This document shows, piece by piece, positions 9,966 through 19,568 of a stretch of DNA of 36,350 nucleotides (position 1 is the first letter of the stretch; every line of letters begins with the position of its first letter). The DNA lies in the IMG/VR virus record IMGVR_UViG_3300014656_000073, positions 1 to 36,350 of that record, one strand, 5' to 3'. This DNA comes from a virus. Its lineage: Duplodnaviria; Caudoviricetes. The translations under genes and the position numbers were made by a program. The notes below the pieces were generated by a model. The model was given only the letters and a program-made list of their open reading frames with translations, did no database searches and was not told the origin of the DNA.

Positions 9966-10625
9966 TTAACCAATATCACCAAGTTCAGTTGCTCTGTCAG
10001 CTTCAGTTGCCTCGACATAGATCACGTCACCATCAGACATGAAAGTCGCGCTAATTGTAACGCCCTTGAATCCCTCAACCTTAAAGTTGTCAAGGCTGTA
10101 AAGATAATTCGGGCCTGTGCCATCACTTGAAAATGCAACGGCGGTGCCACCCTTAGTCAAGGATAGCTGTGCTTTTGTCGCAATTTTGTTGATGATATAA
10201 TACGTTGTGTCCTCGGCAAGGCCGGTAGCAAGGCCACCAGACTCAACAAGTCTGACACGCTCACCATCTACAAGGTCAAGACCGCCATCTGCAACTGCCT
10301 CAATTATATCTTCCTTGTAAGTGTCTCCGGTATAGTCGAAGGTGATTGACTGCCGTACACCCTCTACCTTCGTATTGTATGCTGTTAGGTAGCCACCACT
10401 TGACTTCATGACAGGAGTTGTGATATCGTTCCCACCATCGTTGTTGACCATGTAGTGCCATATTTCAACACCACTTCCCATCATGTCAAGATAGGACTCT
10501 ATTTTCCATACTTCTGTATCAGCCGCGTTAAAGTTAATCGCCGTAACCTTGCTTGCGGTAAAGCCAAGATCAAGGTTGTATGCAACACCGCCGGAAGTAA
10601 ATTCATAAGTTCTTATTTTACCCAT
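9966..10625 (-). CDS. Capsid-associated/decoration protein (219 aa)
   Basis: Directly follows the major capsid gene with a GGAGG RBS; beta-rich. Confidence 0.5.
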   Translation of the reverse strand: MGKIRTYEFTSGGVAYNLDLGFTASKVTAINFNAADTEVWKIESYLDMMGSGVEIWHYMVNNDGGNDITTPVMKSSGGYLTAYNTKVEGVRQSITFDYTGDTYKEDIIEAVADGGLDLVDGERVRLVESGGLATGLAEDTTYYIINKIATKAQLSLTKGGTAVAFSSDGTGPNYLYSLDNFKVEGFKGVTISATFMSDGDVIYVEATEADRATELGDIG

Positions 10626-10637
10626 TTTTTTACCTCC

Positions 10638-11582
10638 TTATGAGTGTGTAGTTTTCAGCAAGTGGATAAAGTTGTCGTTCAAAATACGAGCGACAAAAGC
10701 ATTCTTCCAACCTGCTGTAGCTTTAATGTTTAATGGGTCTGACGTTCCACCAGAGCCAAAGTCATGGATAATGCTCTGCATAGACCCCTCAAGGTTAGTT
10801 ATGCCGTAAGCATTGGCCCCTATAATCGGAAGATGGTACTGAACGGTGCCGTCACTGGATGCGTGCGCTACTGAAGAAAGAAGCCAGCGTACATTTCCAG
10901 TTGATCCCCATTCGCCTTCTTCAATTCCGGACTGAGAAGGATATTCAGAGACAGAACGGAAGTTTGATACATCTTCCAAGTCGTCAACTATTGCTGTTTG
11001 GGCAATTCCCCAAAACGCTTTACGAATAGGAGAAGTGCCAACTCCGGTTGATGCGTTAATCTGAGAACCAAGCATTTTGGCATCATTATTGAGCAATGTT
11101 TTTACAATCGCGTCAATATCGCTTTTTGTTACCTCGGTTGGGGTGTTTCCATTTGCGCCGCCAGATGCGTTTGTGCTTGATGCTGTTGAAATAATGACAT
11201 CCCGGACAATCTCGTCACGGGTTTCGCCTTGCTGCATACCAAGTAGTTCATTTGCCTCTGTTAAAACGGCATCCTCAACGGTCATATCAACACGATCAGT
11301 AATATGAACAAAATCACCGTAGTATTGAATGGTTGCGGTAAGGTCTGTTTTGCTTAACGCCTGTCCTGTTGGGTTCATTCCCTCAGTCAAAGGCGTGGTT
11401 GCTGTTGAAAGTTTTGAATATCTGCGGAACTTAATCGTATTTCCGCTTTTTCGTGCTAGTGGTCGCTGCTGTGCAAATCGTTCATGCAAAAGTTCTGGTT
11501 TGGCATTTACCAAAAGAACCCTGTCGTAATACGTTGCTACAGCCGGATCGACCTGTGTGGTAGTGGTCAAAGTATCAGCCAT
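10638..11582 (-). CDS. Major capsid protein, N4-gp56 family (314 aa)
   Basis: GNTIKFRRY, PLTEG, QYYGDF, GEWGSTGNVRW and DPLN...GWK motifs typical of the family. Confidence 0.85.
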   Translation of the reverse strand: MADTLTTTTQVDPAVATYYDRVLLVNAKPELLHERFAQQRPLARKSGNTIKFRRYSKLSTATTPLTEGMNPTGQALSKTDLTATIQYYGDFVHITDRVDMTVEDAVLTEANELLGMQQGETRDEIVRDVIISTASSTNASGGANGNTPTEVTKSDIDAIVKTLLNNDAKMLGSQINASTGVGTSPIRKAFWGIAQTAIVDDLEDVSNFRSVSEYPSQSGIEEGEWGSTGNVRWLLSSVAHASSDGTVQYHLPIIGANAYGITNLEGSMQSIIHDFGSGGTSDPLNIKATAGWKNAFVARILNDNFIHLLKTTHS

Positions 11583-11593
11583 TGATTATCTCC

Positions 11594-12325
11594 TTATGCC
11601 GCAAGTCCTTTAACCTTCAGGGTATGTTTTAGAAAATCCGCATCACTCATTGAACTGTATTTATCTCCACCACTTGTTGCTGCCGAACCACTACCGACAC
11701 TTGCCGGACTTGATGGTTTGTTCTCGTTTGCCATGATTTTTTCAAGTTCACTCATAAAATCATTCTCAGCAGGTTTGGCAGTATCTTTTACCAGTCTTGC
11801 GTAATTGTATGCCGTTTGTAGTGGGTTCCTTGAGTTCTGGATGTCCGATAAAATTTTTCCTGAAAGCTCTGGGTCTTGATCGAGTACAATTTTTAATTTC
11901 GGTATAACTTCTTTGTAGTCTGGATGACTGACTGCAAACTTCAACTGCTCAACCTCTGACGCCATGCCGGTAACCATGCCTTGCAACTCTTTACGGTTAG
12001 CAGAAGCAAGTTTCTTCTGGTCTGCTACGGTGACAATATCATCATCCGACATTCCAGTGAAATAGTCCTCTTGCTGTGCTGGTTGCTGTACTGGTTGCTG
12101 CCTTGGTTGAGATAGTTGGGTCTGGTACAGCTTGTTCTGGTCAGTCATGTTCTTTAGTTTCTCCTCCATCTGCTTTAATACAGTTAAAGGAACGGTTCTT
12201 GACTCTACTTCCGGTTCAGGGGTTGGGGCCAAGGGTGCTACTGGTTCTTTTGCAGCTCCACCCGTTGATGCCGCTGCTGCTGGCTCGTCTGGTGAAAAAA
12301 CTGCTGTGTTGTGCCTTTTAAACAT
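11594..12325 (-). CDS. Capsid scaffolding protein (243 aa)
   Basis: Low-complexity N-terminus, VPLTVL, coiled coil and MSDADF C-terminus; immediately upstream of the major capsid gene. Confidence 0.7.
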   Translation of the reverse strand: MFKRHNTAVFSPDEPAAAASTGGAAKEPVAPLAPTPEPEVESRTVPLTVLKQMEEKLKNMTDQNKLYQTQLSQPRQQPVQQPAQQEDYFTGMSDDDIVTVADQKKLASANRKELQGMVTGMASEVEQLKFAVSHPDYKEVIPKLKIVLDQDPELSGKILSDIQNSRNPLQTAYNYARLVKDTAKPAENDFMSELEKIMANENKPSSPASVGSGSAATSGGDKYSSMSDADFLKHTLKVKGLAA

Positions 12326-12394
12326 TTTACTTCTCCTTGTTTTACGTCCATTGCCTTGCCTGTTTCAAGAGGGTTAGCACCTGACGACAGTTAT

Positions 12395-12433
12395 AAAAAA
12401 AGGCCATATCTCCACCATGGAAATACAGCCTTT
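12395..12433 (-). terminator. Intrinsic terminator between the portal block and the scaffold gene
   Basis: AGGCTGTATTTCCA/TGGAGATATGGCCT stem followed by a T run on the minus strand. Confidence 0.6.
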
Positions 12434-12538
12434 GCTCTCGTGTGTTCTTGAGAATTAGGTTATTTTAATATCTTTAAAAGTTTCTTCTTAACAGCCTCAA
12501 GTTGTTTTAGTGCTTCTATTATTTGCTTCTTCTGTTCT

Positions 12539-12874
12539 TCATCCATGAATTACTGGCATCCCCTGTGCATCCAGTAATACGCTGTTGATCACATCACCTT
12601 CAAAGTCCCAAGGTCGATCAAGTGGTAATACCCATAGACGATCTGTTTTACCTTTTTTATTATCTACCTGAAAGCACATTGAGCCAAGCATCTTCGGTGG
12701 CTTCTGCTTGTTCATCACCATTAACTTTGTTCTGATCACACCAGGCATCATTATATCCATATTGGTATAGACTAGGATCCAATACTTTTTTAGGTGTTGG
12801 TATTCATTGACGGCTTTCTGTAATTCTTTGCAGACTTCCTCGCCGATTTCCTGTCTTAGCTCACCGATTATCAT
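12539..12874 (-). CDS. Hypothetical protein (111 aa)
   Basis: ATGA-coupled to the upstream ORF. Confidence 0.6.
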   Translation of the reverse strand: MIIGELRQEIGEEVCKELQKAVNEYQHLKKYWILVYTNMDIMMPGVIRTKLMVMNKQKPPKMLGSMCFQVDNKKGKTDRLWVLPLDRPWDFEGDVINSVLLDAQGMPVIHG

Positions 12875-13089
12875 TCTGGCTTTCCTGGCGGGTTAAATCC
12901 TTCTACCCCATAGTGTAGTTTCTCAAGGTCGCTTATTCTTTTCTCACGCTGCTCAAACTTGCCGATGTTTTCATAGGTCATGATGCTTTCTGTAAATGCT
13001 ACGCGCTTGTGTAATGACCGGATATTGAGAGATAATGCAATCATGAGTGTAAACATTGTAAGCAATACAAAAATTATAAATCCTTTCAT
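12871..13089 (-). CDS. Small membrane-anchored protein (72 aa)
   Basis: N-terminal TM helix; ATGA-coupled to the portal gene. Confidence 0.55.
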   Translation of the reverse strand: MKGFIIFVLLTMFTLMIALSLNIRSLHKRVAFTESIMTYENIGKFEQREKRISDLEKLHYGVEGFNPPGKPE

Positions 13090-15020
13090 TGCATCGGCAT
13101 CCTTTCATTAATTTTTATCTGCTGTAATCGCTCTAACATGGTTAATATCTGGTTCGGGCCCATCTCTTTTAACTCGACTAGTGACTTGATTGTGTCAAGT
13201 TTTGCCTTTGCCCTGCTTGCCTCAACTTCGCCCATTTTGTCCATTACTCCGGCTTTGTTCTGCGCAACATCACTCATGTTGCGTGATATTTCAGACTCAA
13301 TGAGTTTTATCTGTAACTCTTGAACTTTCTGAGCCATCTGAGCATTTGCTTTCGCGGCCTCTTCTTCCTGCTTCATAAACTTAATAAGTTCTTCTTTGTT
13401 CTGGATATTCGATGCTTCTAAGATTGACCATTGCGGAATATTGAACCCGTCTGCTTTTAGTTGCTTTAGCTCAATGTAATTCATTTGTTTCTGTGAATCG
13501 GTCAGGACTCCTTCAACTGCAATAACATCATATTTATTAATCTCTGGTTTAAAAAAATCAGGAGATGGTTTTTTGTGTATAATTCTCTTTATCTTCGATG
13601 CTGTGAAATTCTTTTGAATCATCTTGATTGCTTTGTTGCCGAGTATTTTCTTCGAGTGTCGGTAATTATCAAACAACACCTGAAGCACTACAATCCCCGC
13701 TGCTGTTCTTAACTTGTTTAAAACCCCACTTGTTTGCGTGTCACCGTTGTCTGTCTGCCCAAACATCTCAAGGTTGATTCCCGCAACGTCAAGCATGTCA
13801 TTACCTATTTCCTGGGCAAGCATGAACAGGCCCTGCGGTATATCATTCGCCTTTATCTGCTCAAGATCGGTCATCTCCGCTTCTTTCTTTAGATACGCTA
13901 CTTTCCCTTGACCTGATTGATATAATACTTCTGGATTAACAACTGAGTTCTCTTTTGCTTTCCATCCACTGGTTATCTGGCTTTCAATTATATCGGCCAT
14001 CTGTGACTTGGCTCTGTTCTCGTAAGACTGAGGATCGCGCAAATCTCTTGTTATCCCCTGAAGTTTATACTGTGACCCTAGATGATATTCAGGAGTGTAG
14101 AATCCAATAATCGGTACGAATGGATAGTCGTCTATCTCGCTTGGTTCCGGCCCATTATACATGACAACATCTTCTAGAATAATCGCAAGGTCAACAGATC
14201 GTTTCATTCCGCTGAATGTCTTAAGATGTTCAAACATTCTCAGTAGTTCTTTTAATCTCGCCGCTGTTCCTAGCCACTCAGACTGCTCGCCCGTTTTTGT
14301 ATCTACCAGTTTTGTATATGGCCGGTAAACTTGTTTGTAAAAGCGGTCGTATCGCAACAAGCCATTCTCTTTTAAATTCCTGAACGGCATTGTATTTGAA
14401 AACTTGTTATCCTGCCCATGGGCAGTTAATAGCTTGACTTCTTTCCTCTGGTCTTTCGGTAGTATCGCCGTTGCCTGGTCTCTGTTGAGCCAGTCTCGCA
14501 TGACTATATAGCCACAGTCTGAGAAGTCTAACTCCGTGAATGCAGGGTCAAGCAAAAATCGGTTGTGCGGCATTCTCTTTGACCTTAAATCACCACTCGC
14601 CGGGTCGCTGTTGCGGTCAATGTATAACTCAACTAAATTCAGTCCTGAAACTAAAGCGCCCTGCCTGAACGCGTCACTCATCGTATTGTAGATGTTGCCG
14701 TACTGCATTGTGTACTGTAGGGTTTCGCTGATGTCGTCTGCCGTTTTTGTGTCGCTGCCCTCAACCGGATCAACCTTGAGCGCTAGCCTGTTCTTTCGCT
14801 GATAACCAGAAACAAGGTTGTTAATCCGGCGTACTTTGTTAAACTTGCGTACCTCGCGGCGCTGGGCTTTGAGATAGTTTTCTTCGGTCGCTGTCCATTG
14901 CTTGCCAAGATCAAACTCAATATCCTTATCGGCCTCGGTTATATACGGTGCCCAAAAGGAATTGGCTTGGTCGTAAGCCTCGTTGTTTTCTTTCTTTATT
15001 GTTAAGTCGTCTCTTGGCAT
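13086..15020 (-). CDS. Portal protein, P22-like (644 aa)
   Basis: DIEFDLGKQW, FNKVRR..N.VSGYQR.NR, YPFVP, DLRDPQ...N and SGV motifs; C-terminal coiled-coil barrel; follows terL. Confidence 0.85.
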   Translation of the reverse strand: MPRDDLTIKKENNEAYDQANSFWAPYITEADKDIEFDLGKQWTATEENYLKAQRREVRKFNKVRRINNLVSGYQRKNRLALKVDPVEGSDTKTADDISETLQYTMQYGNIYNTMSDAFRQGALVSGLNLVELYIDRNSDPASGDLRSKRMPHNRFLLDPAFTELDFSDCGYIVMRDWLNRDQATAILPKDQRKEVKLLTAHGQDNKFSNTMPFRNLKENGLLRYDRFYKQVYRPYTKLVDTKTGEQSEWLGTAARLKELLRMFEHLKTFSGMKRSVDLAIILEDVVMYNGPEPSEIDDYPFVPIIGFYTPEYHLGSQYKLQGITRDLRDPQSYENRAKSQMADIIESQITSGWKAKENSVVNPEVLYQSGQGKVAYLKKEAEMTDLEQIKANDIPQGLFMLAQEIGNDMLDVAGINLEMFGQTDNGDTQTSGVLNKLRTAAGIVVLQVLFDNYRHSKKILGNKAIKMIQKNFTASKIKRIIHKKPSPDFFKPEINKYDVIAVEGVLTDSQKQMNYIELKQLKADGFNIPQWSILEASNIQNKEELIKFMKQEEEAAKANAQMAQKVQELQIKLIESEISRNMSDVAQNKAGVMDKMGEVEASRAKAKLDTIKSLVELKEMGPNQILTMLERLQQIKINERMPMQ

Positions 15021-15196
15021 AATTTCTTTCTAATTGCGTCAAACGCTGCTTGACATGATTCTTTGTCTGGGTATGTAAAATGCTCGCTCCAACCATTAAA
15101 AACAACCCGAAGCCCGGAGCTGTCATCGTAATTAACAACCTCGGCCATTACAATTTCATCTAAGCATATTAAGTGCATGTCGTCTGAGTAGTACAT
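15002..15196 (-). CDS. Hypothetical protein (64 aa)
   Basis: Small ORF between terL and the portal gene. Confidence 0.45.
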   Translation of the reverse strand: MYYSDDMHLICLDEIVMAEVVNYDDSSGLRVVFNGWSEHFTYPDKESCQAAFDAIRKKLCQETT

Positions 15197-15250
15197 TGCC
15201 TAACAACTAGCCCCGCTTATTTTTGACCTGATAATCATAACCCATTATAT

Positions 15251-15448
15251 TTATTTAACCTTTTCTGCTACATCGCCTAACAACTCATTGCCACATTCCC
15301 TTGGTTTATAATCACCGCACCACCCACTTTCATGCATCATTGGGAACTTGTCCTTTCCATCATGGCACATAACCGGGGCGTGCTTTTGGCAACCCCCTAT
15401 ATCGTAGCCGCAAAAATAAAAACAAGTTCCACAGGTTCCATCTAACAT
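15251..15448 (-). CDS. Small Cys-rich hypothetical protein (65 aa)
   Basis: CxxC...GxC...P...FP......WCGDY pattern common in phage small proteins. Confidence 0.55.
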   Translation of the reverse strand: MLDGTCGTCFYFCGYDIGGCQKHAPVMCHDGKDKFPMMHESGWCGDYKPRECGNELLGDVAEKVK

Positions 15449-16746
15449 ATCGGCCGCGCATATTGTTCGTACATCTGCTTAGCAGTGTCAGCACTCATTG
15501 CGCTACCGAAGCTAACCGCACCATGCCCAACAGCTAAGTACCGGAATGAATCTGCTGCATGGCTTGTCCAGTCATGCCGTGGTCGCAAGCTGAATACCCG
15601 CTTACGGTCGTCATAGTCTGTGCGGTACTGCCTCAATGCCTCGATACCTATTGCACAACGCTTACTGTCAAAGTAACATCTTGGCAAGATACTCCTGACG
15701 CTCTGGATGCCGTCCATAATGGGCAAGTTTTTTGCAACTATAAACCTAATGCCAAGATTTGCAGCTATCTCTAGCCTGCTCTTGCCTGTGCCCAGCTCCC
15801 TTACCTTAATGTCGTGGGGGGCTATATGGCTGCCGTAATAGTAATCTTTTTCCTTTAACAGCCTAGCGTAATGGTCTAATCCAACTCCTGATCCCTCAAG
15901 ATAATCAACTACCCGTATCTCCCCGCCCGGGCTGAGTTGGAAGAACCATATCACCGTGCTATCACTGACACCCAAATCCCATGCAGTATGCACCGGCATT
16001 GTTATATCAACAGGCACACTGCAAATCCGGTTGTCTTTGTCTATTGCCGTCATTTCCCTTACGTAGTACGCGCCCCTGATGGCTGCGTGGAATGAACACT
16101 CATACTCCTGATCGTACTCCTCTTGTGTCATTTCCCTTTGAGCTGCTGCAAGCTCGTCCTCGTCTATCAGTCCAGTATCGCTTGCCCTGTACGTTACCCG
16201 ATACCAGTCTTTTAATGTCGCTGCTGCTTGGTATAGCTCCCAAAATTGATTTTTGCCTGCTGGTGTACCTATAAAGATGGCCCAGCCTTTACGGTCAGAC
16301 AACGCAGGCCTGATTACCTGAGTCCAAAGTGTCGGGGCCATTTGAGCGTACTCATCTAATACCACGCCGTCAGCATAGACACCGCGCAAACTATCAGGGT
16401 TATCAGCGCCAAGCAGCTGAATACGGCAGTCCCCCAGGAGGTCTACTCTTAACTCTGATTGATTCGGGACGACATCAGGAAATACACTTGCATAGTGCAA
16501 TAGATAATCCCACGCTACTTGCTTGGCCTGCCGAAATAGCGGGGCGATATAAAAAAACCGTGGTCTTTCTTTCCCCACGGCCTTAGCTTCGACACATCCC
16601 TCGATTAACTGATTGATTGCCTCTACAGTCTTACCAAAACGCCGATGGCACACCAGCACTTTAAAGCGCTCCCTCGCCTCGCGGATCTCTTGCTGATACT
16701 CATGAGGATGGTGCAGAGATATTATTTTAAGGCTTTTTTGTGCCAC
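15442..16746 (-). CDS. terL: Terminase large subunit (434 aa)
   Basis: Walker A CHRRFGKT, Walker B GVVLDE, motif III FIGTP; RNase H-like nuclease WDLG...HAADSFRY. Confidence 0.95.
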   Translation of the reverse strand: MAQKSLKIISLHHPHEYQQEIREARERFKVLVCHRRFGKTVEAINQLIEGCVEAKAVGKERPRFFYIAPLFRQAKQVAWDYLLHYASVFPDVVPNQSELRVDLLGDCRIQLLGADNPDSLRGVYADGVVLDEYAQMAPTLWTQVIRPALSDRKGWAIFIGTPAGKNQFWELYQAAATLKDWYRVTYRASDTGLIDEDELAAAQREMTQEEYDQEYECSFHAAIRGAYYVREMTAIDKDNRICSVPVDITMPVHTAWDLGVSDSTVIWFFQLSPGGEIRVVDYLEGSGVGLDHYARLLKEKDYYYGSHIAPHDIKVRELGTGKSRLEIAANLGIRFIVAKNLPIMDGIQSVRSILPRCYFDSKRCAIGIEALRQYRTDYDDRKRVFSLRPRHDWTSHAADSFRYLAVGHGAVSFGSAMSADTAKQMYEQYARPIC

Positions 16747-17005
16747 TCTTACCTATTTCAACTCTGTAGATCATTTCCGTGTAAACTGGCCCACCGCCGT
16801 CACCTGTCACCTGCATTGGCAGGGTTTTGCCGACCAGTGTCATAAAAGCGCCAGGATGTTTGATTGCTTGCTCTTGCAAATACTTCTCCCCTCCCAACTT
16901 ATCCAGCGCGCCAATTATCATATCTTTGATAAGTTTGTTTTTTTTATTCGGCATCCCTTTTGGTCGCCCTTTAGGATTATTTATTTTGCCTTTTGGTGTG
17001 CCCAT
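16727..17005 (-). CDS. terS: Terminase small subunit (92 aa)
   Basis: NPKGRPKG N-terminal motif, VTGDGGGPV C-terminus; directly upstream of terL. Confidence 0.75.
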   Translation of the reverse strand: MGTPKGKINNPKGRPKGMPNKKNKLIKDMIIGALDKLGGEKYLQEQAIKHPGAFMTLVGKTLPMQVTGDGGGPVYTEMIYRVEIGKSGTKKP

Positions 17006-17404
17006 TTTATAGTATTGTTTTTACTCAACTATTTAATTTTATTATGATCCCGTTTGATCTTGTCGTAATTATCGCGTTCTTTTTGCGATTTTGGCTTGCG
17101 ATTTGTGTCTGCCGTGCTCAAGCCGCCCAACACCAATAGCACAGCGTGCCGAAAAAACATACGAGAGCTACACAGCATATAGCTGCCTCTCGTCTGCTCA
17201 AAAGCCTTTCTTGCCCATACACTACCCTGTGCACTTTGCTATCTCTCTTAGTATTAACGCGACCGCGAAAACCCAACTTGTCACAGCTATCATCAATCTC
17301 CATAATTGATCTATCATCTACTTTTTTTTAATCAGCAAGAGGATTAGTGTCGCGTACACAACTGCACATAAAATTATCAACTCTACACTTGCTTGGTCTG
17401 CCAT

Positions 17405-17632
17405 TTATCTCCCCTCATATATTGCTTGAGTAATTAAAGCCCGGTACGTGGGCTGGCTCGGTGGCTTGATGTACTCGTCAGGATCGATCGTTTCCGGATC
17501 GTGTGTCGGTTGTTTGTAAAGTAATTGATGCAAAAAGATATATTTTTCGGTTGATGACGTGACGTTGTGACAATGACATTGCCTCGATTTGTTGTAATTA
17601 CTCAATGTTTTCTTACACTTAGCACATTTCAA
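17405..17632 (-). CDS. Hypothetical Zn-binding protein (75 aa)
   Basis: CxxC...LSxYN...C.CH; TTG start with AAAGGTG RBS. Confidence 0.45.
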   Translation of the reverse strand: MKCAKCKKTLSNYNKSRQCHCHNVTSSTEKYIFLHQLLYKQPTHDPETIDPDEYIKPPSQPTYRALITQAIYEGR

Positions 17633-17893
17633 CTTGTCACCTTTTTGGTATATAACTATTTTAACATTTATTTAACAAGATAAGCAAGCAATAATTCCCC
17701 CTGTACAAATTTTAATACTTTGCCTACCCCAACGTATAAATTATTGTACCACTCGTAACATATTGAAACAACACACAAAAACAAGCACGTCACCGAAACT
17801 GTCCGCACAACGGTACAATTTTTTATACTTCTTGTAATTTGCCGTGTTTTGTCTTTCCCTGTCATTTCAACCACTTGCGTTTTATTAATTGTT

Positions 17894-17909
17894 TGGCACG
17901 CTGTTTGCA
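17894..17909 (+). promoter_or_regulatory. Sigma54 (RpoN) -24/-12 promoter
   Basis: TGGCACG-CTGT-TTGCA matches the TGGCACG-N4-TTGC consensus exactly, 45 nt upstream of an AAGGAG/ATG start; IHF-like TTTCAACCACTTG at 17865-17877. Confidence 0.75.
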
Positions 17910-17953
17910 TTAATACTAATCAAAGAGTAACAAAAACCTAAAAGGAGAAAATC

Positions 17954-18121
17954 ATGGAAATCAGAATAGACGACGCATACGAAAAAACTTACATCAAAGA
18001 AAACGGAGATAACGCGTTTTGGTTTTACGCATCATTTTTCGCACTCGGAATAAACAAAGACATGACGATCGAGGAACAAGAGGAGGCTGTGCGTCAGGCT
18101 TACTATAACGACGAAAACTAG
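17954..18121 (+). CDS. Hypothetical protein (55 aa, MEIRIDDAYE...)
   Basis: Not in the track (under 60 aa); strong AAGGAG RBS. Confidence 0.6.
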   Translation: MEIRIDDAYEKTYIKENGDNAFWFYASFFALGINKDMTIEEQEEAVRQAYYNDEN

Positions 18122-18142
18122 CAATCACGCAAGACAACCAAT

Positions 18143-18256
18143 ATGAAAAAACTACTTAAAAAACTAGCGAAACTAGCAAAAAAACAGGGTGTTACTCCTG
18201 GGTACATTTTGGAAAAGCTGATTGAAGACTATCTTAACAGATATAATACTAACTAA
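18143..18256 (+). CDS. Small basic protein, possibly ribbon-helix-helix-like (37 aa)
   Basis: LAKLAKKQGVTPGYILEKLIEDYL resembles RHH helices A-B; weak RBS. Confidence 0.35.
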   Translation: MKKLLKKLAKLAKKQGVTPGYILEKLIEDYLNRYNTN

Positions 18257-18268
18257 GGAGGTAAGGAA

Positions 18269-18544
18269 ATGATTACAATGAAAAACATAGACGACATGGA
18301 AGCGGCCATAGAACACGAGATTTTTGGAACAGCACCATCACAAAAAGAGAAAGATAAATCAAGAGCAGAATTTGAGACAGGAATTAAAAACGCAATTGGG
18401 GAAGGCGGGACGTTGGAGATTGAAGATGTGAAGGTTTCCAGCGGGAAAATGCAGCGACGCTACTACGTAAGAACAAGCCCCGTGACTCGATTGAGTATAA
18501 CCGAAAAGCAAGCTATCGCGCATTGCGGGTACAGCACGTTTTAA
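18269..18544 (+). CDS. Hypothetical protein (91 aa)
   Basis: AAGGAGG RBS. Confidence 0.65.
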   Translation: MITMKNIDDMEAAIEHEIFGTAPSQKEKDKSRAEFETGIKNAIGEGGTLEIEDVKVSSGKMQRRYYVRTSPVTRLSITEKQAIAHCGYSTF

Positions 18545-18583
18545 TACTTATAGCGAGGCATTGAGCTACGCAAGGAGGATATT

Positions 18584-18811
18584 ATGAAAGATTACACTAT
18601 TACAACAACAGCAAATAGCCGAAAACAACTTGGTAAAACAGAAGAAATACTTTGTAAATATGGGATACCGTTTTCCTGTACCCCTTCTGACCATAAAATC
18701 ACTATAAATAATGCAGCCCTGCTAAAGGCCAAAAACAACATACCACTAAGCGACCGACTCAGTCTCATGCCAGAGCTTTTTGCAAAAATTAACACATGCC
18801 CCTTGTGGTAA
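18584..18811 (+). CDS. Hypothetical protein (75 aa)
   Basis: AAGGAGG RBS. Confidence 0.65.
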   Translation: MKDYTITTTANSRKQLGKTEEILCKYGIPFSCTPSDHKITINNAALLKAKNNIPLSDRLSLMPELFAKINTCPLW

Positions 18812-18822
18812 TTAAAAAGGGC

Positions 18823-18874
18823 TATAGAAGGGGCCGAGCGTTACTCCTCCGTTGCGCTTGGCTCCTTTTCTATA
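18823..18874. terminator. Long hairpin between convergent operons (probable terminator)
   Basis: TATAGAAGGGGCCGAGCG ... CGCTTGGCTCCTTTTCTATA. Confidence 0.6.
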
Positions 18875-18913
18875 CCCAACTACCCCGCGTGATTAAAACA
18901 GCTTAAAACGGCT

Positions 18914-19207
18914 CTATTTTGTTTTGTCGTGTTTTTCGTTGTGGCACTTTTTGCACAATGGGTATTGCACAGGATTTAAAACTCTTTCAAAAATCAAACT
19001 GACCACGCCTTCCCAATCTATAACCGGGTCGTGATGTACTTCAAGATAAACTTCTTTTCCTTTTGCCCTGCTTTGCTTTATTCCACATCGCTTGCAACAA
19101 TATCCTGTATCTTTTAATGCCTTGGCTCGTTCTCTACTTTGCATCCATGCTCTGCGTATTGCCGACTTAATTTTACTTCGTGGCGTGTGTGGTTTTTTCT
19201 TCCCCAT
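18914..19207 (-). CDS. HNH-like nuclease (97 aa)
   Basis: CKRC...LEVHH...LCKKCHNEKH. Confidence 0.65.
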   Translation of the reverse strand: MGKKKPHTPRSKIKSAIRRAWMQSRERAKALKDTGYCCKRCGIKQSRAKGKEVYLEVHHDPVIDWEGVVSLIFERVLNPVQYPLCKKCHNEKHDKTK

Positions 19208-19276
19208 GCTTTCCCGATTTCCCCCCCAATATGTAATATTAAGGAAAGTTTTCCCGATATACCCATGTTATGTGTA

Positions 19277-19471
19277 TCAGAACATTCCTACCTCATGCAT
19301 CACGAAGCAGGTAAACAATGCCAGCGGAACAAATACAAAAAATGATGTTGCGGCACCGACAATCATTTGGTTTCTTTGTGTAACTATAAAATGTTCAATA
19401 AGTTCTGAGGTGTAAAAAATAGCAATTAACATCAATATACCAATTACTGCTCCATAAAAAATAGCAACCAT
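19277..19471 (-). CDS. Small 2-TM membrane protein (cassette cargo)
   Basis: Two hydrophobic segments; bounded by GTTATGTG and CACATAAC on the coding strand. Confidence 0.55.
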   Translation of the reverse strand: MVAIFYGAVIGILMLIAIFYTSELIEHFIVTQRNQMIVGAATSFFVFVPLALFTCFVMHEVGMF

Positions 19472-19482
19472 CCTAAGACCTC

Positions 19483-19568
19483 ACATAACAATTTTATGCA
19501 CTGGACAGGGTGAAGTCCGGCGCGTTTTCTGGCAGGTTTGTGGCCTGCCAGTGATAAAGGCGTTAAAC
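19483..19568 (-). mobile_element. attC-like site A (86 bp)
   Basis: Coding strand GTTTAAC..ATCACTGGCAGG...CCTG(T)CCAGTG(C)AT..GTTATGT; the TAA is the stop of 19563-20090. Confidence 0.8.

Noticed and set aside
692-16845. Plus-strand track ORFs overlapping the late genes, and similar antisense ORFs in the early arms
   Set aside because: Shadow frames of longer motif-bearing genes, without convincing RBS or recognisable motifs.
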